Below are positions 12,773 through 24,268 of a DNA stretch of 64,000 bases, piece after piece. Source of the stretch: Epithemia pelagica (lineage: Eukaryota; Protista; Bacillariophyta). The stretch is from the NCBI GenBank assembly GCA_946965045.2, contig OX337233.1, positions 2,294,001 through 2,358,000 on the forward strand, in the 5' to 3' direction. Under the pieces are notes generated by a model. It did not search any database. It had not been told where the DNA came from and was given only the letters and a program-made list of their open reading frames with translations. Each line of letters begins with the position of its first letter. The first letter of the stretch is position 1. Made by a program: the position numbers and the translations under genes.

Positions 12773-13037
12773 GATGATTTTGGTTTTACGGAGTAAGGTA
12801 GCAAATGAACTACCTACTCCCCCATAAAACTGACCACTTCCTCCCCCTAATAGGAAGGTTTCGAAAAAGGGGCAAACCTTTTCGCTTCTGTGGGTAGTCT
12901 TCAGTCGTGGGAAGAGTCACCGGGTTTTCGGTCACAGTGTCGTCTGTCGTCATCATTCGTCGCATCCAAGCACAGCTTCCGCTTGTTAATATTCTCACAT
13001 AAATCGAAACCATTACTCTAGGAAAAAAAAAAGATAT

Positions 13038-14707
13038 ATGGTCATGATGATTGGTTTGGCTTTTCTATGGTATGGCTTCCTGATCGGAGGGTCCTTCCTG
13101 GTTCTCGCTCTCCTACATAGATTGATCGAATGGGTAACCTCACCTCTTCGAACATTCCCTGGTCCCAAAGGACGATGTCTTCCTCTTGGTAACTTTCCTG
13201 AAATGCTTCGTGGACCCAAATACGTCCCGTTCACAAGATGGTGGAAAGAGGCAGGGCACGATTCACCACTACTCCACTTCACCATTGTGTTTTGGAGACA
13301 ACATCTCTTGATTCTTGATAAGGAGATTGTGAAAACGATCTTGACCTCTCCCTACGGCAAAGAACCACTGCGATTCACGAGACGAACTCAAGCATTGCAA
13401 GACTCTATTGGAAATGGACTAGTGACGGTGCAAGGCCTCGAATGGACGCGTCACCGTCGCATCTTACAGCCGGCCTTCAATACACGATTTCTAAAAGAGT
13501 CAATGGCGGCTGCTGTGCCCCATCGCGTCCAACGATTCATTCAGGCATGGAAGCCCGGAGCTGAGAATGGTTGGGAAATTGATCTCGCACCCCATATTGC
13601 TGCACTTACATTGGATATTGTCGGTGATGTGGCCTTCTCACACAGCTTTAACGCCCTGGACACCCTAGAAGCATGGTCCAAGGAGAAGGAAAAGAACGCG
13701 AACAACAAAGATCTGAGCCTGTCGGACGTTGGAGACACGCTGCTTACCTATTTCTCCAAGTTGGTTGGACTTAACATCGTAACAGTAGTCTGCATTGTTT
13801 TGAATGTTGCGCAGCTAAACTGGTACGTTAACCCCCAATTGAGGGCTGCCCGCAAATTTCTGGACGGAGAGGTTGACAAAGTTGTGGCTCAAGCACGAAA
13901 GGACAATACGAAGGAGCGTTCACTCCTTCATCTTTTGCTCCATGCACGCGATCCAGAAATTGAAGGAGAAATGGGACAATTGAGCGATTCGGATCTTCGA
14001 GATGAAGTCAAAACATTCATGATTGCAGGCCACGAGACCACATCTATGTGGTTACATTGGGGTTTGTATGCCTTGGTAAAGCACCCAGACGTCCAAGAAC
14101 GCTTGTACGAAGAGGTGATCAAGTATTCATCTACGGACCAAAGCCTTGATGTTACTATTGAACAAACAGAACAGATGGAGTTCCTGGGTGCCTTTCTTCA
14201 GGAGGTCCTACGAATGTATCCACCCGTTGGTACATTGATTCGATACAACGCATTTGAAGAAAAGTGGCATGGAGTAACGATTCCCCGTGATACGAGACTT
14301 TTTATGGTGCCTCACTTAATGCACCGTCACCCAAAATACTGGGACGACCCAGAGACTTTTATGCCTGAACGTTGGATTAATGTTTCAGCGAAAGAAGCAG
14401 AACGTCGTCGATTTGCGTTCATCCCTTTTTCTGCGGGAGGCAGGAATTGTAAGTTTCTCCGATCAGTCAACTTCGTGACTCAATATCATGTCCTAACCAT
14501 GTTGCCTCATTTCCTGACTCTTGAAACAATCTAGGTATTGGACAGCAGTTTGCTACCATTGAAGCAAAGCTGATATTGGCTCCTTTGGTCCGTGCCTTCA
14601 AGTTTGTCAAGGCAGAGTCGCAGAGAGATGTCGAATTTGTATTTAACTCGACAAGTCTCACCTTGAAGCCAAAGCCACAATTTAAGATTTCCCTCGAAAA
14701 TAGGTAA
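13038..14707 (+). CDS. Cytochrome P450 (copy B, tandem paralog), 2 exons
   Basis: Same motifs as copy A and the identical intron position in the heme Cys codon (intron 14449-14534); exon 2 ends ..ISLENR-TAA at 14707. Confidence 0.95.
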
Positions 14708-15233
14708 ACACGTTTGTGTTCAGTTATTTAACCGAGAAATAAGTGTCATCTACTCCTTGCAGCTTTGAATCCAACACTTTTCTCAATTCATTGCGAATGA
14801 GCGTTTTCTTCTGAGACTTTTTCGTTGGAGATTAGCGTTGGACACTACCACATAAATGGGAGAAATTTACAGCATCAACTGATTAACCACTTGTTTGGCT
14901 TCACATGGACAATTGAGTCTCACGATCTGCCTCATTGTCGTCGTTAGTGTTACTTTCAATTCGGCGTGTCGCATGTCGTCGTGGGATCTGTTTCTATTTG
15001 TATTTGTTGCATAGATTTTCTAGGAGTGTGCACTTGATTGAAGAACGGTCTGGATGATTTGTCAATGACCCTTTCATTCATAACTGTTGGCTCAGAACGC
15101 TTCTCATTTCTCATCTCCGTCATGCTCACTTTGGAGGCGCAAAACTACACTGAAGTGCCGAATCGCGCATCATGATATCGAATACTTTTAGGAGAGGTAG
15201 ACATAGTCTCATCCTTCGGTACCGCTCACTAAG

Positions 15234-15514
15234 ATGCTTGTAGAAGTGTAGTGCTGACAAAGAACCGACCGATTGTGGGGCTTGTACGACTTGTTCCACG
15301 TTCACGTTCGTTCAATGGCGATGAAAGACGCGAAGGAAGGCATGCAAAAGCTTTTGCCAGGGTTTGTATCATTTTTTGGAGAAGCAGACATAGAGACTGT
15401 TCCGTCAGTAACGTTGACTACAACAGGATGCTAATAGAAGTGTCGTGCTGCCGAGGAACCGACCGATTCTTGACTTGCACGACTTGTTCCACGTTCACGT
15501 TCGTTCAATGGCGA
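15234..15514. repeat. Imperfect ~88-bp direct repeat, period ~194 bp
   Basis: Identical 36-mer ACGACTTGTTCCACGTTCACGTTCGTTCAATGGCGA at 15286-15321 and 15479-15514; GAACCGACCGATT and TAGAAGTGT are also shared. Confidence 0.85.
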
Positions 15515-15781
15515 AGGTGATCTTTCGTTCAGTGGCGAGGGTGTGAAAATGTGATCGAAAGGCGAAGGTTGGTTGGCACAAGCGTGGGCCGGCGCTCCGA
15601 ATCAAGTCGCCGCACATTTGCTTTTCCTAATTATCATTCAATTGCTTAAATAGGTGAGGAGGCAATTTTGTATTTTAAATTGCCTTGTGCTATCGGTGCG
15701 CCGGGCGCTTCTCGCTCGCTGAGGCTGTCAAGTTTTTGCGACATGAATGAGGTAATCGTCGATCGAAATTGATGCCTTTGG

Positions 15782-17380
15782 ATGAAAGGAACAATTCTGA
15801 GAACGCAGAGCTTCAAGAGAGTAATTGGGAGCATTAAGACAATACCCTTACATAATCAATCAAGTATGCTACGTCTTTCACGTTCAAGCTCATCGAGTGA
15901 GGATGACAGATACACTGTGTCGAATCACTATTTGGAAGATGACGACTCTATCGAATTTGTACGAGAAGACGAGAACGACCCAGGTTCTGGCGATGGTTTT
16001 GAGCTGGACTTCACGCACACCAGAAGCTTGGAACCAGATGGCCATATGGACCATTGTGACTCCGAAGATGAAGACGAACGTTGCGACGGCATTGACCTTG
16101 GAATACTGGAGGGGGGCAACTACAGTAGGGAGCATCGTCGCGCCCGTTTTACCTACGACGACCTTGAAGTAGAAACAAACGAGACAAATGGAGCTCACTT
16201 CATCTCTACCGGCCTTTACTCTGATGAAGGACTTCATGTGAACCTGGAGACAGCTATGAATGAACAAAAACCAATGTCGTCTCTAATGAGGTGCATCATC
16301 CACGCCAGAGATGATCTTGCCGCTACCTTCAAAGACCCGAAAGTTTATCACAAAGAAAAACGTGAGCACGAAAAGTACCGAGATACGGCGAATTTCCTTG
16401 ATGACTTGGTGGCACACACAAGCAGTATGTTAGAATCTTCCACAGAATCGGGATCTACGTATCCTGTTACGGAAGCAACGCATTCGAGTTCCACAGGATC
16501 TGTCGGCGAGGCAAACGACGTAGAGCAGGCATCTACTTTCAACAAGAAGTCGATTAAATATGGGAGAAAGGTGAAGCTCTTAAAGAAGGAGAAAGGGAAG
16601 GCCTCCACAGAGTCGGAAAGACCAGCTCATCTTCGTTGCTGTGCACACGGTATTATCTGGACGTTTTTATCTCTCAGTGCTGGAATCATTGGTTCATACT
16701 CGTCCATTTCTTCTCACCGGAGCTCTCATTTTGCCAGTCTGGAAAAGCCGATGCAAGTTGCACCAATTTATAATGAGGTGGATGCTATAGGGTTGTTTCG
16801 ACTCAAGGTGTGCTTCAATAAGACAGAGACGAACCAAGAGGGGTGCGAGACACACAAACTTTCTGCGGATGACATTGACGACACCATGTTTGAGGTTGCT
16901 CGCATACTAACATCTCTGGCTATGCTTCTTGGGGGACTTATGACTGCATTGCTGATTGGTTCGCTGTGCTGGGAGTCGATAAATCTCAAGCCAATTGGTT
17001 TTGGTTATCTGGGAGCATACTTTTTTCAGTCATTTGCCATGCTTTTCTTCGACACTGATATATGTTCTGCACATGAATGCAGAATGGGAACGGGTTGTGC
17101 ACTCTGTATTGGGGCATCTTTGTGCTGGCTTGTTGCTTGTGTAGCAGTATCACGAATGGACAATTTCAAAATCCGAGCTCTCCGAAGGCGAGAGTACCTT
17201 AAACGTTTGAATCGTCGAAATGAACGAGAAATGCGTCGGAAACGGAAACACTTAATCCGACAACTTTCTGCTGCAGATACATCCAAGGTGCTTTCAATCA
17301 ATTCATCTTCACAATGGGTTCTGCCATCGCCAACACTCCAAACAACCTTCGAGCGTTCACCTTCGAAGTACGAGTGTTGA
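15782..17380 (+). CDS. Protein with acidic disordered N-terminus and C-terminal claudin/LHFPL-like 4-TM domain
   Basis: 532-aa ORF; four hydrophobic segments after residue ~290, GLF-x-x-x-x-C loop motif with paired Cys. Confidence 0.65.
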   Translation: MKGTILRTQSFKRVIGSIKTIPLHNQSSMLRLSRSSSSSEDDRYTVSNHYLEDDDSIEFVREDENDPGSGDGFELDFTHTRSLEPDGHMDHCDSEDEDERCDGIDLGILEGGNYSREHRRARFTYDDLEVETNETNGAHFISTGLYSDEGLHVNLETAMNEQKPMSSLMRCIIHARDDLAATFKDPKVYHKEKREHEKYRDTANFLDDLVAHTSSMLESSTESGSTYPVTEATHSSSTGSVGEANDVEQASTFNKKSIKYGRKVKLLKKEKGKASTESERPAHLRCCAHGIIWTFLSLSAGIIGSYSSISSHRSSHFASLEKPMQVAPIYNEVDAIGLFRLKVCFNKTETNQEGCETHKLSADDIDDTMFEVARILTSLAMLLGGLMTALLIGSLCWESINLKPIGFGYLGAYFFQSFAMLFFDTDICSAHECRMGTGCALCIGASLCWLVACVAVSRMDNFKIRALRRREYLKRLNRRNEREMRRKRKHLIRQLSAADTSKVLSINSSSQWVLPSPTLQTTFERSPSKYEC

Positions 17381-17578
17381 TCGTCATCACCTTTTTGGAC
17401 TGGGGAGCCTCTGCTACGCGGGGTATACTGATATCAGGCGGTCGGGAACACACTTTTGCTTTGCATAAAACAATTTCAAAAGCATGATTCATGTCTCATA
17501 ACACTTTGGAAGCAATACATACTACCGCTTCGTTTATAATCTATTAGCCATATATTTCAGACGAAGTAAAATTTACTC

Positions 17579-19576
17579 CTAGATAACACCGTTGCCACTG
17601 CGTCCTTCTCCGTCGACTGATTCATCCTGGTATTGCTCATCAGAAAACTCCCCTTGGCTACTTACCAATTCTCGTCCCTCTCGCCTTCGTCGCAACATGA
17701 TGATCCCGAACAACACAAATAATAGTATTACCAGTGGAATGGCCCAGGAAAACGAAACGGGACCTAATGCAGGCTTCGAGACTTTGTCTGATTCTCCAAC
17801 TTTCGCCAAAAGATCTTCCTTAGCCTTTGCAACTTCACCAGTGCAATTTTTTACACTTGGGCTGGGAACAATCTCCTCACTGGGACACTTCGGACACTCA
17901 CCCTCTGCCGGACAAGTTGCACAAATGGGACAAGAAGCTGGTGGGGCGGAACTAGATCGATGCAGGCCTTGGGACTTGTCAGCAAAACTTGCACCCGCCA
18001 GAAATACTTTGATCATATCAAGGGATATATCAGGAAGATCCATAGGTACCATGTGTCCAGCATTCAGCAATTTGAGAAATTGTAGATTTTCGAACTCCTT
18101 CATAAAACCAACCGGTCTATCTTCACGTTCAGCATACCATGCATACCGGTCGGCTGCAACCCACTGGTCTTTTTTGTTCCAAGGAAGGTTTACTAGTGCT
18201 TTCTCGTTTCCCACGTGATTGCATATGAGGTCTTCAATGCCATTGAAAAACAACAACCGAGGTTTACTTGGATCTTCCAAGACAGCAACGATGTCATCAA
18301 CCACACCTTTGCCATCTTGATGTGCTAATGCGCTGTACGGCGGATCCGTACATTCTTGGAATGTCTGCTTTGCCATCGTGGCTGCCGTCGCATGGATGAT
18401 TTCCAAGACAGAATCCTTGACTTCACAGCCCATCGTGCCATTCACCCAGCTCGGAAGATTTCTTCCACCCAAGTAGCATTCCACAACTTTGTGATTCTTT
18501 GGAAAAGTTTTGGGAGCATTCTTTTTCTCCGAAATGCGGTTGTCATAAGGGCTCATCTTGTATTGTGAATGTAAGCCGTATCCTTGCTTGACGATGTCGT
18601 CGAGAAGGTCGAAGCAAATAGAAGATCTATAGTTGCCTTTCCGCAACAGTTCTTGGCATTTCTGTTCCTCAGCATCCAATGCATTGACCTGGGATCGTCC
18701 AAGAAGACCGTGTCCATAGGCAGCTTCGGCTGCAGCATATTGGTACACAGGGTCCATCCATCCATTACCAATCGCCGCTCCAGCCAAAGGAATTGTTGGT
18801 TTTCCTCTATGTTTATTCTTTTGCAGAATGAAGTTCATCATGTGTGGAATATAATGACCAGCATGAGATTCTCCCGAGAAGAACACCTTTCGCCAAACAG
18901 AGTTATTCTCGACGAACTTGTCTGCGTGTAGGTTGAAGAATGATTTCAAGAAGAAATAAAAGTCAATGTTGACTTCCAAATCATTGGTAGGATAATGACC
19001 ATTTGTGGTAAAACTAAGCCCTGTACCCACGGGCTGGTCAATGTAGAGAGTGTACGCAGGAGCTGTATGCCATGAATGCGGATTTTGCTGCAACATGTAA
19101 TTTCCATCCACCATGGTCCATTGAATAGGTCCATTTTCAAGGAATAAACCATCCATCGAGGAGCACCCGGGACCACCGTTCAGCCAGATCAACAATGGTG
19201 TGTTGTCATCCACTGTTTCCGGCTCAAAGAGCCAGTAGAAGAAGTACTTTTGTTTGTCTGTACTCACAGGTAAATGTCCAGCCCAATGCTTTATTGAAAG
19301 TTGTTCCCCATCTTTCATTAGGGGCAGCGGTTCAGTAACCAAGTGGTCCTCAGGACTTGAAGCAGCTGGGACATTAACGGTAGATTCTCGCCGCACAGAT
19401 GTTTGTCGTTGATCTACATAGGCTTCACTACGAAGTGGTGTTGACAATCCAACACCCACTGACAGTTCGGAGGGTTCATGTCGCCGCAGAGCCTCTGATC
19501 CGACAAACAGGCCGAGAAAGAAGATAATCAGAGCATACGACGAATCGGCCCGCCGCTTCGTGAAATCTCGAGCCAT
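17579..19576 (-). CDS. Serine carboxypeptidase S10, KEX1-like (copy A)
   Basis: Signal peptide, WLNGGPGCSS, IDQPVGTG, GESHAGHY, DLICN, AGHMVP, C-terminal TM and acidic tail. Confidence 0.93.
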   Translation of the reverse strand: MARDFTKRRADSSYALIIFFLGLFVGSEALRRHEPSELSVGVGLSTPLRSEAYVDQRQTSVRRESTVNVPAASSPEDHLVTEPLPLMKDGEQLSIKHWAGHLPVSTDKQKYFFYWLFEPETVDDNTPLLIWLNGGPGCSSMDGLFLENGPIQWTMVDGNYMLQQNPHSWHTAPAYTLYIDQPVGTGLSFTTNGHYPTNDLEVNIDFYFFLKSFFNLHADKFVENNSVWRKVFFSGESHAGHYIPHMMNFILQKNKHRGKPTIPLAGAAIGNGWMDPVYQYAAAEAAYGHGLLGRSQVNALDAEEQKCQELLRKGNYRSSICFDLLDDIVKQGYGLHSQYKMSPYDNRISEKKNAPKTFPKNHKVVECYLGGRNLPSWVNGTMGCEVKDSVLEIIHATAATMAKQTFQECTDPPYSALAHQDGKGVVDDIVAVLEDPSKPRLLFFNGIEDLICNHVGNEKALVNLPWNKKDQWVAADRYAWYAEREDRPVGFMKEFENLQFLKLLNAGHMVPMDLPDISLDMIKVFLAGASFADKSQGLHRSSSAPPASCPICATCPAEGECPKCPSEEIVPSPSVKNCTGEVAKAKEDLLAKVGESDKVSKPALGPVSFSWAIPLVILLFVLFGIIMLRRRREGRELVSSQGEFSDEQYQDESVDGEGRSGNGVI

Positions 19577-19977
19577 GGTTCGTCCTCAACTTCGTTCGTG
19601 CAGCTTGGCAAGTGCTAAGACCTTTTCCTTTCTCTCTATTTCTCCTATGTTTCACGTCGAAGGAAGGCTGCAAAACTCGAAAGCTTCGTGCACAACGGGA
19701 AAAAGGGATCTGGGACTGGGAGTCTTGAATTTAATCGGATAGGGATAGAGATAATGTCGAATAGGTAGAATAGATCTATCTACCTACTCCTACTCGGAGC
19801 ATGCACAATAAGTAGGAGTAGTTACCGTAACTCCTCTTCCCTCTAGTTGCATAACAAAAAATTGATCGGGAGACGCATCTTTTTCGATAAGTTTTATGTA
19901 TCGTACCAAATGAAGCATTCATACGATCTGGAGCGATAAGTCGAGCTGTTGCAACTGTCGCAGCTCTAGAGTTAACC

Positions 19978-21912
19978 TCACGTCATTCCATTACTGCTTG
20001 TGTCTTCTGGAGCATCCTCCGCTGGTTGATCCCGATAGCGCGGTTGCATTTCCAGATCCGCCACCCCTACTGGCCGTTCTAATCGATTTCTCTTCCACAT
20101 TTCCATCAGTCCGTACATGATTGTCAAGACAACAAGAATGATTGCGCCCACAACGGGTGCCGGGCTGATCGTCGTTCCAGTTCCCGCTTCATCTTTGCGC
20201 AGATCAGCCAGCAAATGATCCGTCGCTTCGGCAATTTCCTCGGAACAATCTCCCGCTTTCCCAGTACCAGGACACCGAGGACACTCATTCTCACTCGGTA
20301 ATGGACAAGTCGCACACTCCACACAAGATTGGGGAAGAGCGGTCGCTGCCGAGTCTAGCTTTTGCACGCTCTTGGTAAAGCTCTGACCGGATACGAAAAT
20401 CTTCATCATTTCCAGAGATGTTTCAGGAAGATCCATCGGCACCATGTGTCCCGCGTTCAGCACTTTCAAGAAAAGCAAGTTTTCAAACTCTTTCATAAAG
20501 CCAGCGGGAGCTGCATCGGCATGGGGAAGCCATGCATATCGCTGCGCAACGATCCATTCGTCCCGACCATTCCAAGGCAAATTTTCGAGAACTTTTTCGT
20601 TGCCAACATGATTGCAAATAAGGTCTTCAACGCCATTGAAGAAAAGCATGCGTGGTTTACTGGAATGGTGCAGCACTTGTACAATATCCGCCACCACACC
20701 CTTGGTTTCTTCGGGAGTCAGCGCGTCATATGGTGGGTCGGTGCACTCCTCGTACCTTTGGCCAGCATCAATAGCCGCCGTCGCATGAATAGCATGTAGG
20801 ACAGCATTCATGACACTCGTGTCCATTGTTCCCTCGCCTTCGTCTTTTGGTAACTTCCATCCACCAAGATAGCATTCTGTAATGTGGTAGCCCTTGGGAA
20901 ACTTGCGAGGCGTATGTTTTCGCTCACTGATACGAACGTCATATAAACTAACCTTCATATGCGACTGCTTTCCAAAAGCCTGGTCGATAATGTCATCTAA
21001 CAAGGCATAGCATACAGGTGGAGCTCTGCCATGGCTATGATCTCGCAACTTTCTCTGACATGCCTGTTCGTAGGAAGCAAAATAGTTCCGTTGCGGAAGG
21101 TCGATAAGGCCATGCCCATATGCAGCTTCGGCTGCTGCGTATTGATGAATTGGGTCAATCCATCCGTTTCCAATCGCCGCTCCAGCCAACGGAATATTTA
21201 GTCTTGCTCCGAGTCTATTCTGGTCCAGTATATAATTCATCATACTTGGAATGTAATGACCAGCATGAGATTCCCCCGAGAAGAAAAGCTTTCTCCAGAC
21301 AAAACCGTCTTCAACAAACTTATCGGCGTGAAGGTCAAAAAATGATGTCAAGAAGTAGTGAAAATCAATGTTGATCTCCAAATCGTTTGTTGGATATTGC
21401 TCATTCGTGGTAAAACTAAGACCTGTACCCACGGGTTGATCAATGTAGAGGGTGTACGCTGGAGCCTTGTGCCAGGAATAAGGATTTCGCTGTAGCATAT
21501 AGTGTCCGTCCACAACGGTCCATTGAATGGGTCCGTTTTCGAGAAACAAACCGTCCATGGACGAGCATGCGGGTCCACCGTTCAGCCAGATCAACAAGGG
21601 AGTGTTGTCATCCACTGTTTCTGGTTCAAAGAGCCAATAGAAGAAGTACTTGTGACCATCCCCACTCGCTGGCACGTGTCCAGCCCAATTCCTTGTTGTT
21701 AGTGCCTCGCCATCCTTGGTCAAAGGCAAGGGACCCTTCACCAAATGCCCATCGGGATGGGTGGGTACATTGACGGAAACTTGAGCTTTCCGTGGCTTCA
21801 AACTCTGCGTCGAATTCCGTTTTTCCACACTTGACTCCACCAGTCGTCGATCTATCCGTCGAATGGCCAACGATGCTTTGAGGACCGACAAGAGAACAAG
21901 GCTCCAAATCAT
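19978..21912 (-). CDS. Serine carboxypeptidase S10, KEX1-like (copy B, tandem paralog)
   Basis: WLNGGPACSS, GESHAGHY, DLICN, AGHMVP, C-terminal TM; collinear with copy A. Confidence 0.93.
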   Translation of the reverse strand: MIWSLVLLSVLKASLAIRRIDRRLVESSVEKRNSTQSLKPRKAQVSVNVPTHPDGHLVKGPLPLTKDGEALTTRNWAGHVPASGDGHKYFFYWLFEPETVDDNTPLLIWLNGGPACSSMDGLFLENGPIQWTVVDGHYMLQRNPYSWHKAPAYTLYIDQPVGTGLSFTTNEQYPTNDLEINIDFHYFLTSFFDLHADKFVEDGFVWRKLFFSGESHAGHYIPSMMNYILDQNRLGARLNIPLAGAAIGNGWIDPIHQYAAAEAAYGHGLIDLPQRNYFASYEQACQRKLRDHSHGRAPPVCYALLDDIIDQAFGKQSHMKVSLYDVRISERKHTPRKFPKGYHITECYLGGWKLPKDEGEGTMDTSVMNAVLHAIHATAAIDAGQRYEECTDPPYDALTPEETKGVVADIVQVLHHSSKPRMLFFNGVEDLICNHVGNEKVLENLPWNGRDEWIVAQRYAWLPHADAAPAGFMKEFENLLFLKVLNAGHMVPMDLPETSLEMMKIFVSGQSFTKSVQKLDSAATALPQSCVECATCPLPSENECPRCPGTGKAGDCSEEIAEATDHLLADLRKDEAGTGTTISPAPVVGAIILVVLTIMYGLMEMWKRNRLERPVGVADLEMQPRYRDQPAEDAPEDTSSNGMT

Positions 21913-22659
21913 GGTTTTCTCCGTTGTGCCCGTCGTTTTTTGCTAGACAAAGTGCCTGGGATCGTCACCGCGGCTTAGTCGCTTTTAGGGAGGTCGCTTT
22001 TACGAGAGAAAAGTGGGCACAACCAAAAAGATTTCAAAGATCTCGTGGTCTTGATCTCTTGTCGTTTGTTATGCCATTCAAGTACCCCAAGTGCTCTTAT
22101 TGCTCGTCTTTTGTAGTGGCCAAGCTTCTCTAAAAACAAGTGAGTTCGTTCCATAGGTGCATGAATGGTTGAGAGGTGGCCAAGTGATTCGAAATGGAGG
22201 ACAAAAATATATTACTACGGTTTTTGAGTCGTAGCGACACTGATAGTAATGTTCCATGTGCGCTATGATGGCTGGCCGAAGAATCAGATTATCTGTTTGT
22301 GACGATATCAAGGCTTTCTCATTGGTTTCTTCTGTTTTTTTCTGCAGCAGTAAGTTGAACTCCACGACTTGTCCAATTATGCCATGTTGACACGTCAAGT
22401 TCGTGGGTGACATGCCAATCATCTATCCCCCCACGAGAAGCAAGCCAGGAACAAAATGAAGAGAATAACTTTCGAACTATTGGAGCTGTCTGAAAAAGCA
22501 ATCTTGTTGCTTTTCTGTTGATAAGAAAGTCATATTCTGATTCTTCCTTCTCTGACACCACTGGAATCGAACGAATCATGACGACACAGAGAAAACATCT
22601 AACCATTGTTTTACTTTTTGCCTCGCTAGAAAAGGACCTTGGGCGCGCTGAATGAATGA

Positions 22660-23712
22660 ATGAACGAACCAACGAACATGCAAATTGTAAAACACATCGT
22701 CCTCACGGGAGCATCTGGCTACGTGGGCAAACATCTCTTGCATTCCTTCATGTCGTCTAAAGATACTGGAGGTACTGCCCCATATCAATATCATGTATAC
22801 GCTCTGTACCGATCCGATCCAAAGTTCCAAGAATCAATCGCTGCCTTGAACAGCAAAGGCAGTGGGACAATGATTACTGTGTTCTCACTGGACCTGCAAG
22901 ACTCTGACGCAGTGGATAGATGGCTTCAGAACGAGATGGGTCCTGTGAAACGTGTCGATGCTTGCATACACTTGGCTGCCCTGTCAAATCCGGGCAAATG
23001 CCAAGCAGATCCAGATTCTGCCATGGCCATTAATGTGCCCAAGCACTTTTTCACGGCCCTCCAGAAGCAAAAGCAATGTCAATCGTTCATTGCGCTGTCG
23101 ACGGATCACGTGTACCCCGGAACTCATCCTCCTTACAAAGAAGATGGTGGAGAATCACTGACACCAATCAATGTGTATGGATCCACAAAGTATAACATGG
23201 AAAAGTTTTTATTGTCACTCACGCGGAACACGGACATACCCTGTCGATCGATCTTGCTTCGATCCAGTATAATACTTGGTCCAAGTCCACCGGGTATGGA
23301 ATCAAAGTCCACGTTTTTGCACTTTATAGCCTCACGCAAGGAACAAGAGACCACGTTTTGGACGGATGAGAAACGAAATGTGATTTGGGTCGGTGATGTG
23401 GTCAAGGTCATTCGGTTTTTTGTCGACCACGAGGACAATGTCGTGAGGAGTGGGGAGATCTACAACACGGGTGGCCCCGATTCTGTCAGTCGTTTTGATA
23501 TGGCCAAAGCTGTCTTTGATTACTTTAGCTATGACGACAAGTATCTAATACCGCAGGAAAAGGGCCAAGAGCGAGCTCAGAATCCAAGCGCGGGATCACC
23601 AAGTCCATTGGACATAAGCATGGACACAAAAAAGCTCCAAGCGTCAACCAGACTACAGTTTACGAGGCTGAACGATATCATCAAATTTACTTTTGCGGAA
23701 GCGAAAATATGA
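22660..23712 (+). CDS. RmlD-like / MAT2B-like NAD(P)-dependent reductase (extended SDR)
   Basis: LTGASGYVG Rossmann motif, HLAA, LSTDHVY, PINVYGSTK (YxxxK), SRFDMA. Confidence 0.85.
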   Translation: MNEPTNMQIVKHIVLTGASGYVGKHLLHSFMSSKDTGGTAPYQYHVYALYRSDPKFQESIAALNSKGSGTMITVFSLDLQDSDAVDRWLQNEMGPVKRVDACIHLAALSNPGKCQADPDSAMAINVPKHFFTALQKQKQCQSFIALSTDHVYPGTHPPYKEDGGESLTPINVYGSTKYNMEKFLLSLTRNTDIPCRSILLRSSIILGPSPPGMESKSTFLHFIASRKEQETTFWTDEKRNVIWVGDVVKVIRFFVDHEDNVVRSGEIYNTGGPDSVSRFDMAKAVFDYFSYDDKYLIPQEKGQERAQNPSAGSPSPLDISMDTKKLQASTRLQFTRLNDIIKFTFAEAKI

Positions 23713-24268
23713 ACAAGTAGTTCATCTAATGTTTCCGCGTTATTTTTTTAGTATTTCGTCACATTATCGAATCTATCGACGATCGACGTCCACATATTAT
23801 GGATTTGGTACGGGAGTATATGAATTGGATCTCGAGGCAAGAGGGGATCACCTATCTACAACCTATGCACTCGCGGGAGAGTCTACTGGTAGACTTCGTG
23901 AATAGTTTGGATAGGCGACGTAATCCCTTCGATTACCTCACATTGCCAGAGCATCGAGGAATCCAGAGACGCCCTTGCCATGGATGGCCCCATTATTCCT
24001 TCCAAATCTTCCAAAGTCGTTTCTGGAATTACGATAGGTAGGTTAACTTAGGTAACCTTACTTCTACTCCCAAGCAGGGGCGACCTGGTCAGTCGCACTA
24101 TTGGGTCGATTCCCCAACAAAACAACTTTTTCCGACTGAGGCCTGCGGGACTCAATTACCCCCGCTGGGAGGTATCCTTCCTCCAATAGGATCTGGGATA
24201 CGTCGCTGCAACAACACAAAGACGACGAGACCGCAGTTACGGTGTCGTTGCACGTCATTCCACATTCA

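Noticed and set aside
11198-13010. DNA transposon carrying the P-loop gene
   Set aside because: No terminal inverted repeats or transposase motif; the 7-bp flanking match could be chance.
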